Assembly: GCA_002633005.1 (NCBI GenBank)
Contig: NMRA01000282.1
Coordinates: 36,547-100,546, forward strand
DNA length: 64,000 bases
Direction of reading: 5' to 3'
Source of the DNA: Phoronis australis
Taxonomy: Eukaryota > Animalia > Phoronida
The translations under genes and the position numbers were made by a program. Below the pieces are notes generated by a model. That model did no database searches and was not told the DNA's origin. It worked only from the letters and a program-made list of their open reading frames with translations. Positions 27,264-38,227 of this stretch are shown one piece after another (the stretch's first letter is position 1; the number at the start of each line of letters is the position of its first letter).

Positions 27264-28189
27264 AATGACCATCGCCTCTGTTGGCCCGGCCAGAGGCTAT
27301 GCAGCTCATATAGGCGCTCCATAAGCCGGAAGCTTTTCGGCGAATTATGCCTCGCATCGACAAAAACATCAAAGTCACGTTGTTATAAATACCTTTTGCG
27401 CATAGAGGAACACCTTAGGAGATTGTCGATGTGTTTAATTCCTTCCAACTCAAACAAATACTTCCGTTATCAAACTTTTTGTTCGAGCAGTCACTCGTTC
27501 AGTTCCCAAAATCGTGAACTCACCATTTTTATACTGCGCACACTCCAATTTTTACCGTGCTCGCTAAGTGATGTGACTTCAAGACCTCAATCTTTAATTA
27601 GGCCAAAGGTGAGCCATTGCGGTCTTGTCAGTCAAATGTTTGCTTCCAAAATGCCACCGCTACTTGTCTTTAATTGCCGTTACTTGAAACTGATTGTATT
27701 TCAATGAATTATTGTTTGTATTTGATAAAAATAAATGCTGTTGATATGACATTTAATAGTCTTTGTGCACATATTTGACAATTTAATGTTTAACAACACG
27801 GCAAATGCATGGCTGGTTCCCAGTAGCGCGTACGCAGAGGGCGGGGACTTCAGCTTTCAAAGTTCGCCGGTAGGACTGCAACTTCTGGCCTTCGGCCTGG
27901 TTAAAAGAATAAGGTCTTGGTGTGCGCCAAGTAAAAATATTGAGTTCATGATTTTGGGAACTGAAATAGGGACTGCTCGAAGAAAAAGTTTGATTGAACG
28001 GGAGTATTTGTTCGAGTCAGCCTCCTAAGGTGTTCCTCTATGCGCAAAAGGTATTCATAACAACGTGACTTTGATGTTTTAGTCGTTGCGAGGCATGATT
28101 CGCCGAAAAGCTTCCGGCGTATAGAGTGCCTATAGGAGCTGCATCGCCTCTGGTTGGGCCAACACTATAAAACAGAGGCGATGGTCATT
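27264..28189. mobile_element. Foldback/MITE with ~160-bp inverted repeats
   Basis: 27264-27421 is a close reverse complement of 28022-28189; direct repeat CGTGTTGCCTA at 27250 and 28275. Confidence 0.85.
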
Positions 28190-28543
28190 ACCTGTTGCAG
28201 ACCAAGTAGGCCACCCGACCAAGTTAACTTAGTTGGCTTACACGGTTGGACCTCGCAGACCAAGTAGATACCTCCGTGTTGCCTACAATGAATTATGAAA
28301 TTCTTTTTGTGCCAATGATGTAGGGGCAGTATAGGGCACATCCTGAAATTATCTAGACTAGAGCTGCTTTAAACAATGATTGAACCAAAATTCTGAGGAA
28401 AATTTGCTTCGACAAAGTTCATTAGATTGCAGACTGGGCAGGTATCATCTGTCGAAGTTGCCTACACGGTTAAAAAACATTGCAGGCGGTGGCGGTCTCC
28501 GCTGAGTCTCTGAGACTCCCGAGGCCGAGAGCACCTGGCTTAC

Positions 28544-28825
28544 CTTATTTATTTGATACGACTTCAACTTTTCCACAAAATGGGCGTATTAGCACACATC
28601 ACAGAGTATTGTGGAAAATATGAGAACGCGCATAACGTTTTTGCAATCTACAAGTTGCCATCCAACTTCATCTCGATAACGCAGCAATATTTTTCCTGAA
28701 ATATCATTCGTTTCATATTTTTCCAGGGGGCAGACATGTTTTAGATTCGGGCCCGCTGAAATGAACAGTTATTATTGGTGCTTTGCTCCATTTCCATTCT
28801 GATTACCAACAGGCGGCACTACGGT
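28544..28825. promoter_or_regulatory. Candidate bidirectional promoter with non-coding first exons of JMJD4 (-) and CNP (+)
   Basis: Divergent strong donors AAG|GTAAGC (-, 28543) and GGT|GTAAGT (+, 28826) in a CpG-rich patch. Both genes' first coding exons begin at acceptors, so upstream UTR exons are required. Confidence 0.45.
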
Positions 28826-30145
28826 GTAAGTCCCCTGCGGTCGGCTTCTTACCCCCGTACAGGCCGTAGGTAGTTGCCTTGGGTCCGCTGTGAGACCGTG
28901 GTGAGACTGAGAGACAGCTTTTGCTGTGAAAGAGAATGAAGACGTTTAGCTCTGCCGTCCAATAACAATGATTTGTTGTGGACACTGGCCCTCTATGTCC
29001 GGTAAAAACTCTTGGTAAAATAGACTGTTTTATTAAGTGACTGAAGCAGTGAAGGGAGTACATTTTTGAACGCCCGGTTAAGTTTGTGGAATGATCATAT
29101 AGCCTACAATAGTCGAGTGAAGTCAATTTATTTATAGTCGATTAAATAAAACAAGAAACAAGTTACAAAATAAATAAGTATGAAACACTGAGGCCCTGCA
29201 TTTGGAGGGTCACAGGCTCCGTCAGCCCATCTGGTGGTATTAACATTGCACAAAGCTTTTAACTCTACCAAGCTCGATCTCGCCTCCTCTGATAAAGATT
29301 TCTGCAAATTAGAACCATAGGCTCTGATAGATGACAGACCGTAAGGAGTAGTTCTGCACTGGAGAATGTTAAATCACCACTTTTGATCTCCAAGAAAGTG
29401 AGCTCCCGCCTCGGGTTGACCGACTTGATCTTTGTCGCGCTTATTCTTCAACACACATCATTCTTTTTTACAGTATTATGCACAGTTCACAGCAAATTAC
29501 CAGTGGCAGGTACTTTGCATTAGTAAATAGTTGCAAGTATTTGATCCACGTTTGACTGATCCCCAAGTCTTGCTATTTTATATGAAAATGGACTGTAGTA
29601 AATTTTGCAGGTAGAATCACTGGCCAGATAGACAGTTTTTAAATTATTGTTGACCTTCAGGTATTGGTATCTACAGGGCTCCCACATTGTGATGATCAGT
29701 TTTATGCACTGAATAACAGGCATCAAACTGGTTCTCAATATCCACCTCTGCATAGATGATTTTCCCCACCGACTCGGATCTCACTTAACTGCAAAATTTC
29801 AAAAGTCAATCCTGTTCAGTTGCCCTTCTATGTTTTTAATGAGTTACCTAGCTGTTTCTAGATGCGTAAGGCATTCTAGCTGTTTCCTTAATTTTTGCAT
29901 AATTGGTGGTGCACATTGAAAACTGATGAATGATGTTGCTAGCCAGTTTAATTGTGACTAGAGGGGAACTTATTAAACACAGGCTTTAATTGGCATTTTC
30001 CTCTTTTAAGAGGATATTCCTCATTTTTGGTTTTGATTTCCTCGAATTTGATTTCCAGTTGCCTCTTTTTTGTCTCTTTCATTATTTTGACTTTATTTAA
30101 ACAAAAAATCTACTGATTTTGTTTAAATTTTACAATACAAAAGAT

Positions 30146-30499
30146 ATTAGGTCACATGATGTGATCAAAAAGATGGCGGATTGAACGGGATAAACTACTT
30201 GCAACATATTTCACGCCTCACTGAAAAAGATGATATTTACATACACAATGGAGATCATGGGCAAGATGCCCACTACTAACTAAAGTCTGACTGGATTTCT
30301 GTGTCTGACTTGTGGTCCCAATGGCTCAGTGGCTAGAGCGTCCGCAGAAGGCCCTGGGTTCGAGTCTTGGTCGGGGGTAGAAATCTTTTCGGACTTATAT
30401 ACATTAGGTCACGTGATGTGATCAGAAAGATGTCGGATTGAACAGGATAAACTACTTGTAACATATTCCAAGCCTCACTGAAAAAGATGATATTTACAT
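30146..30499. repeat. 97-bp direct repeats flanking the tRNA-like sequence
   Basis: 30146-30242 is nearly identical to 30403-30499 (period 257). Confidence 0.9.
30314..30377 (+). pseudogene. tRNA-derived sequence (pseudo-tRNA or SINE head)
   Basis: A box TGGCTCAGTGG and B box GGTTCGAGTC; anticodon arm deleted. Confidence 0.7.
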
Positions 30500-32406
30500 T
30501 CATTTTGTACTGTCTGAAGTATTTTTACTTGATTGCCACTCTCCTAACAGTTGCATTTGTAATCAATGAATAGATTATTTTTATCATCTCCTTCTAGGAT
30601 ACATAAAAAGACCTGTCAGCAGAAACGGAGATGCTTTTTGGGCAAAGAATTGCTGTTTGTGTTTTAGCACTGACTCCAGCAGATGGAGCCCCAGATTGAA
30701 GACAAGGTACGCACTAGAAAGCTTATTAATAGCTGCCGTATTTCAGAATCTATCTGCATTCTTCAAAGTGTATTGTATTTACCCACAATCTAAACACTCG
30801 ACGGACACTTTTCTAGTCTGTTCACTTCAGTGTTGGTAATAAGGTAACAATTTTTTTGTTTACAATTAATTTGCTCTTCCACCATTAGTTTTTATAGAGA
30901 CCAGTTGCTTGCATGGTTTGTATTGTGTAAGTGTCATAAAACAACTTTTGGTAAGTTTTCAGTGTTTGCCAATACACAAATTAGATTTTGAAACATTTAT
31001 TTTTTCTGTGAAATAAGTTGCCAAATTACTGCACGCTTGACACTGAAATAGCCCTTTCAAACCGTCAGGCAGAGGTGAATAATTAAGGGCAGAGAAAATT
31101 TGCTTCTCCAAGACTATACGTAGCCTGCTGACTGACCATCAGACACTTGCTCTGAGTGAGTTGCTTGCACTTTTTATGAAGTATGTCACCAAATAATTGG
31201 CTGTTTAAAGAGATAAGTTATGCACTTAAGTTTCGGAATGCTACTCATTTGCCTGTCATAAGATGGCAGTGCAGAAAGTGAAACAGTTCGAAAAGGTACC
31301 ACAATTAGACTTTCTGTTTCAGCAATCTTAGTTTCATGGTTGGCGAAAACATCTCCCAATGTGTTAATTACTTTTATAAATGATTTATGAGGCCAACGAT
31401 TGACTTAATTGCTGACAGGAATAAGATTTACAGGTGTGTTATTACCAAGAAGCTTATTGGTATCAGATATGAAGACCGTTCAAGATTCCATTTATTGTTA
31501 TTGAGTAGCCATTTGCAACACTTTGTGCCCGTGGCAGCTAGAGCACAGGCATACCAGGTTTGTTCATTTTGTTTACTTTGGTGCTGAATATTTTAAGCTT
31601 GTACAATCCAAAAGTATTCAAACAAAACAACCCGGAATTGCTTGTTGTGGCGGTTGGTCTGATTCCAAATTCATGGTCAGAGTAGTGACTGAGAGTGAAG
31701 GGGAATTATCAGGACAGGTAGTAAGGTGGCTGAACCATTCTGTGATTAGAATTTTGTCCCCCCCCCTCCCCCCCCCCGTACTAGTTATAACCAGCCATTT
31801 TTACTGTTAATAGAATTAGCCATCGGGGTGGGAGAATGGTCTTTTGTATGATTATTGTTGTCTTGTACTGTATGCTGTTTGGCATGCTGATCATCTGTTA
31901 ATGGATCACGTTGTGTATTCTGTTGGCTTGAAGAAATGAAGAAAGATATTGCTAAAATGTCATAACAACTTTACTGAATATTCTGCACATTAGCACTCAG
32001 AAGGTGCAAAAATTGTGATTTTATTAGTAAATGGTAAAACCTCGATTTTGGACAAAAGTGATTGCCAAAATTGTCCTTATTTTCAAGTGCTTCTAACATT
32101 GTAACTTTTGTGATCACATTTTTCAAAACATTATCTGATGGTAGCTATAGACAGAGTAGGTGCCTGCAAAATACTTTTACTAACCTTTGTTTGCTGGCCG
32201 CTGTGTCAAGTAAACCACGCTTACAATAAATTTAATGAATTTCATGAAAAAAAATTAATGCCTAGGAATTTGACACACTGAAACTCTTATGTGCAATCTG
32301 AGCCTGTTGCATTTTTATTGCAATTGGTGCTTTTTGTGTTATATGCTGGTCATAGTAAAGTCGTTATAGTTTGTTTTCAGAGACATTAAGAAGAAAAATT
32401 GCAATA

Positions 32407-32863
32407 ATGGATATGGACTATGCGTTTCTTAGAAATTACTGTCAAGAACACTTGAGATCCCACAAGCTATTGTTTATTTTGCGCGGTGCCCCTGGCTGTG
32501 GTAAAACTACCCTGGCGGAAGCTATTCTGTCAATTTATCCAGACTCCATCCATGTTTGCGCTGACAACTTTCCCGGCTATTACAACCAACAGGGGACATA
32601 TGTGTGGAGCAAGGAGCTACGTGCAGAGGCTCACAGATGGACCTTCCAGCTGGCCACAAGTGCCTTCAAACAAAAAGGAAGATGTGTTGTCATTGATAAG
32701 ACAAACACAAAGACTGGTGACTTTGAGTGTTATTTGGAGCTGGCTAGGCAATATGGATATACTGTGATTGTTGTCACACCAAAGTGTCATGGTCCTGTGT
32801 CGCCTCAACAATTGGCACAAAGGTGGGGTGCCAGCTGAGAGAATAGAGAGAGAATATTATCAG
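32407..32863 (+). CDS. CNP: CNPase-like exon A (P-loop polynucleotide-kinase-like domain); frameshift at ~32824
   Basis: LFILRGAPGCGKTTLA matches the recalled human CNP LFILRGLPGSGKSTLA; also CADNF, VVIDKTN and YGYTVIVVTPK. The frame stops at 32838, but the +1 frame continues GVPAERIEREYYQ to a CAG|GTAG donor at 32863. Confidence 0.85.
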
Positions 32864-32982
32864 GTAGTACTACAGTGTTTGTGGTTTCAGTCGAATCGCA
32901 TTACAGCGAAGCTCACTCGGCTTTTCAAAAATATTCAGCTTTGATACCGAGTAGTGGGAGTGGAACATTGCAATCTAGTGGA

Positions 32983-33269
32983 CATTATAAGACATGAACA
33001 CTATACCACAGGATGACTTCAATCATTATAAGACATGAACACTATACCACAGGCTGACTTCAATCATTATAAGACATGAACACTATACCACAGGCTGACT
33101 TCAATCATTATAAGACAGGAACACTATACCACAGGCTGACTTCAATCATTATAAGACATGAACACTATACCACAGGCTGACTTCAATCATTATAAGACAG
33201 GAACACTATACCACAGGCTGACTTCAATCATTATAAGACAGGAACACTATACCACAGGCTGACTTCAAT
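32983..33269. repeat. 41-bp minisatellite, 7 copies
   Basis: Unit CATTATAAGACA(T/G)GAACACTATACCACAGGCTGACTTCAAT. Confidence 0.97.
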
Positions 33270-34072
33270 TTTCTACTTTTTGTGTACTAAGAACAAAATG
33301 TTTCATTAGCGCATTCAGACGGATTTTGCATGTGACACTATATGTCACTTCCCATTGGTCATCATTTAAAGCTTCTTGCTGGTTAGGATTTGAACAGCCA
33401 GTTACCACAGCTCGTAGACTTTTATGACTGGCTCCATTTGTTTGGGATTAGGAAACAGGGGAGGGTGCCAGTGATTGCAATCAGTTACAACAAAAAAATC
33501 ACACTCAGTGCTGGCCATTTTTCAATAGTACAGTGGTCTATAAAAACTGCATTTAAAGTAAAGCCTTTTCAGTCTTTGAATGACAAAAAATTAGATAACT
33601 ACAACAGAATAATAAGAAACTCAAGCACTGCAACTGCTGCTCCTTTGTTGAGTAGACTCAGTCGATAGAGCGTTCATCTGACTGATGTTAATCCTTACAA
33701 GGAATCCAGTCAGCATCAATAGGTGGCCACCATGTTACTGCACTTTCCTTATGTTGTGGTTAATTATACTTAAGTAAATGTTAGTACAGTAATGTTCCTT
33801 GTGTAGAAGTAGATCACCATCTTTACATAAGTGTGAACAGATAAGACCAATAGTTGGATACAACGAGAACCAGTTTTCTCCACTGAACAATGGGCATCAA
33901 ACTGGTTCTCAAAATGTAGGCACGCAATAGTAGTAAAACTAAAAGGTCTCACTGTAATTGTGTTGAAAAAGATGTATGTAACTACTTGAACCAGCTTTAG
34001 TTCTTAAAGATATTACTTGATCAACGCATTGTTATATATCATGACATCTTGCATTACATTGTTTAATTCCAG

Positions 34073-34217
34073 GCTTTTGAAATTGCAGTCCCTCGTTACT
34101 TTGCCTGGTTTCTCAACTTGTCAGACTCTCAGCAACTGCTTGACTTCAGTAAGCGAGTCCTGATGGAATGTTATGAATGTCTGCAGCCATTCAAGAACAT
34201 GATTGGCTGCCATGATG
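34073..34217 (+). CDS. CNP: CNPase-like exon B
   Basis: ttccag acceptor, then AFEIAVPRYFAWFLN (human LPLYFGWFL); ends at a non-canonical G|GCAAGT donor. Confidence 0.88.
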
Positions 34218-35877
34218 GCAAGTGCATATTTTTTACTACTTGTAGGCGGTCTGATACACGCTGTACTAGACGTGTGCAGGCTGTGCATGTGGGCCCATTG
34301 CACTGATCACCTGGAACTATTTTCGTGCTTTATTAATATGTACTTACTATTTTACCTCATGGCTGATGTTTCACCTGTCCTGCAAGTCACCACTTATTTC
34401 CCGCACTCATTTCACATTTTGGGCTTGAAGGTGGTAACTGATTCGCATATTTGCTTAGAATTATGGGGGGAGGTGGGGAGGNAAATCACGAGTGTCGAAA
34501 CAATAGGCCTTTTGACATTGACATGCAAGGTCAGTGAAAGAAATTCTTCTTGAACCCTGCTCTTAATGTACAACTGTGTAACTAAACATCTAAAGAAATA
34601 ATTTCTCATACCCAAAATTATGAGGTAAATTTAGTTGATTGTCCCTTGCTTATTTCTCAAAGGTTACTTAAAAAAACCTTGTTTTGACCATTTCAGCCAA
34701 TCCTTATTATGTCACCTGCTAATGCATCATTGGCGTCAATCTTGATTAGATAAAAGTAGGAATCAACTAAAAACTTGTCACAGATTGGATATTATAGTTC
34801 TTGGTGGGTGGTCTTTCCCCACATTTTCCTTGTAATTCACTAAAAGCGTATGTCACGCTTGCCCGTTGAGCAGATTTTGAAAGGAGTTTTCAAATTTTCC
34901 TACAAATTCTGAGGGTTGTTGAGGATTTAGCGCATTGTTTTGTTTCAGGGAATTCGATACTAGGAAAGTTGTTTTTATTCTGTTAATTGCCCAAAACCAG
35001 ATTAACCAATAAAAATAAAACTGAAGTCTTCAGCCAATGGTGTTTATGCACCATCTTTATGCATCCAAGACCCAAGGTTTTCAGAAATCCTATTTTATGT
35101 TGCAGGTTATGAAAATACTATGAACAGCAAAAGCTATGCCCAAAAATAAACAAAATTTAAATCAGATCACACGGTGGTTTTACCCAAAACTGCTTCTGTC
35201 TCGTATAATTGTACTACATTTAGCACATGGTATGATGAAGGGTTGTTAAAGGCTAAAATGTCCATTTATTTTCAACTAAAATCGTCATTTCTTGCTAAAT
35301 CTCAATAAAATTTCAGCAGGTGTTGCTCTGCCCAATTTGTCAAAATGGTGACAACTTATTTCGCGAGTCCATTATGCAAATAAACAATTAGTGACTAGGC
35401 ACAATACCGTATCATGAACCCTGACAAAATGTAAAAAACGTTAATCTAGATTGTCAAATAATTCCAAGTATGGCAGATTCTGGCAACAGTCTGCCACAGT
35501 CTGTATAGTTTATTTTGAAAACTACTCAGTCTAGAATGCATGGGAACAAAGACAGCAACGCCGCAGATGAAATCCCTCGAGTTGACAAGCTTTTGTCAGG
35601 TTACCTCTGATCTTAACTCTTTCTGAGCATGGAATGACTGACCCCCTTCATTTAAGCCTCAAAACATACATGTCATGCACTGGTGCGCAGCTCTAGATAC
35701 TCGTTCTGGTGCTAGGCATGAAAGAACTTGCCTATTGCATTTCCATATGATATTAGCTTACATTGCTTCTTGTATATACACTTTCTTAGTCTGTTCTGCA
35801 CAATTTATTCACTTCAGTCCTTAGTAATAATGTTGTCAATTTCTCAGAAGTCACTTTTAGGGGCACGATACAAACTT

Positions 35878-36040
35878 CAGTGACGGGTTTAGAGGGGGGC
35901 CAAGGGGACCATGCCCTCCCCCCAAATCTTTCCCAGATTCTATTTGGCATTTGGGAGATGCGAGTGCCTAACGGGCAAAATCCTGGCTAATACTCTTCCC
36001 TGCCCCCTTCCCCGAACTAAAAATGCTGGAACTGCCCCTG
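35878..36040. mobile_element. MITE with CAG..CTG ends
   Basis: Degenerate TIRs (CAGTGACGGGTTTAG / CTGGAACTGCCCCTG); perfect AACTT 5-bp TSD. Confidence 0.7.
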
Positions 36041-36150
36041 AACTTGTATGGTGGTAAGTTGGTGCCTTTGAAATCAAGTTTAAGTTAAGCATCTTTAATA
36101 AACAGATGTTCAAGTCCACCAGTGTAACGTAAGGTGTGTATATCTTTTAG

Positions 36151-36950
36151 GTGATGAACCCTCAGTAGCTGTGGACAAGTACTTTAACAGGAGCTATTCT
36201 CCCACAATCCAACTGCACTGTACTGCAAGGCATTGTGGGAATCATAAATCAGAAGACAATCTGAACTATCTTATCTCTAGACTGGTGAAAGAGTCTATTG
36301 GAAATGTATTTGTACTGCACATTTCATCCATTATTGTTTCACCAAAGACGGTGGGTGCAAGAGTTTGTCTGTCTGAAAACATGCTACCTCTGTGGGACAG
36401 TGGTGACAAAGTTTGTAATGTTGATGAAGAAAACAACAGTAATGGTGGTACTGGTGATGGTGATGGTAGTGGTAGTGCTGGTGAGGATAGAAACCAGTTT
36501 GGCAACTATAACAATATTGATGACATCCACATTCATGGTGTTGATCATGATATTGACGACAACAGTGGGTGCCGAACAAACGAGTTCGTCATTGTAACGA
36601 AATCACTGTGCAAGCTGACGGATGCTGATGGCGATTTGGTTAACTTGAAGATGCGTAATGATTGTAATTTCAAAGATGATGTGAACTATGCGTGTGGCGA
36701 TGTTAAAATTAGTACAGCAGAAACCGTTCCTGGTGAGAGAGCACACATCACGTTGTACTTGGCCGACGGGGTTGCTCCGGTAGAAACTGGTTGTGAGCAG
36801 CTCCATGCAATACAGATGGAGAGGAGTTGTCTCCCTTTAGAAGAAGCAAAGCTGGGATGTGGGAAAGTGAAACATTATAGGGGAGATTACTTCATTCTGG
36901 ATTTACTGGATCCTTTGTCGATTGTTTCGTTGTTCACTGGTTATTACTGA
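36151..36950 (+). CDS. CNP: CNPase-like exon C (2H 2',3'-cyclic-nucleotide 3'-phosphodiesterase domain)
   Basis: ttttag acceptor. GDEP, LHCTA (first HxT), SPKTVGARV, GERAHITL (second HxT), VETG and terminal FTGYY all match recalled vertebrate CNP motifs. Confidence 0.93.
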
Positions 36951-38149
36951 GTGGATATTGAGACTTGCTTGTTTAAGGTTATATAGAAAAATGAGCAAAT
37001 TTGCCGAAATTTAGAACATTATATCTCCGACATAAACGGCTGATGGGTCATAGGAAACTTACACTGAAATGGCGTGCTTTATGCCCTGTTTTTTAAAAGG
37101 TGTTTCACTTTTGCATGAGGAGCTATCAGTAATAAGACTGTCATGAAAAGTAGCCAAGTTGCATCAAACGAAAATGATGTGATAATTTAGAATACTGTAA
37201 CAGCGTTTTTGAGATTTCATCTTGAATAGTTAAATCAAGCAATGTTTGGTCTGTATTGATACTCTTATTTCGCTGTTAAAGTACCCAATTTTTACTAAAA
37301 AAAATCCATGGTCACGTGACCCAATTAATGGTAGGTTAATCCAATTCTACAGGAGTTCTCTGTTCAGGAAGTATACTATACTTCCGTTACGCACCCATGC
37401 AATGAGTATCCAGCCTGAGACTGCCTGGTGGGCCTGTGGGGATACAGCCATGTGGTAGTGGCAAACCAATGTTTGCATAGTCCAGCTCTCTTATTGTGTG
37501 CTTTCATCTGATGCTCATGTAATCCAGCAATTATGTGGTAAATGAACAGATCCCCTGGTGCAAATGCATCGATATTTAAAAATACAAAGTTCAGCATATG
37601 TTGTGAAGCAGTGGGGTGTGTTTTGTATGAAATACTTTCACAGAAGGGAGAAAAACAGTTGACTTTCAGAGAAATTAGACTTATCTTTCACCTGTTGATT
37701 ACTTTGTGTGGCTGTAAGCTCTGACCAGCTTAACCACAGTATTGTGTACCAACACAAAAGGCGTGCTGTCCGGGACAACTTGAAGTTTAATCCAGAGTGT
37801 AATTCTAGATTAGATTGTGATAATGGAAATTTCTTGATTTTTACACTCCAGGAGAATGGTACATAATGACTGGGTTAACATCTATAACTTTGTGGACTGT
37901 TGGCTAATGGAGGTAGTTGGCTAAATACGTAGTCTTGTCAATAAGGTCTACGGTTTTTGCAAGGGCGGCCAAAAAAAAAACAAATGTTTAATCTCTCACT
38001 GGTAATGAAAATGCTGCGAAACTTAAAGCCGTTGTGAACTACGGTCTGGTGTTGATAATATCAACTTTCTTTACAGGCGTATTCGCGCCAAGTAACTTCA
38101 TTGCATTCTTATCCGCTGAGTTCGTGTTGTTCTGATGACAGCCATACCA

Positions 38150-38227
38150 GCTCGCTGGTTCCCTGCGTGCTTAGACCAGCCAGCGCGGCTACCGCCCCAC
38201 CTAGCGGCACGCAGGGAACCAGCGAGC
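38150..38227. repeat. Perfect 21-bp inverted repeat with 36-nt loop
   Basis: GCTCGCTGGTTCCCTGCGTGC / GCACGCAGGGAACCAGCGAGC. Confidence 0.95.

Noticed and set aside
30314-30377. Functional tRNA gene
   Set aside because: Anticodon arm missing and acceptor stem broken.
32983-33269. CRISPR-like regular repeat
   Set aside because: No unique spacers, no cas genes, and it lies in a eukaryotic intron.
36266-36597. His-rich and Val/Met-rich ORFs
   Set aside because: Alternative-frame shadows of the low-complexity CNP insert.
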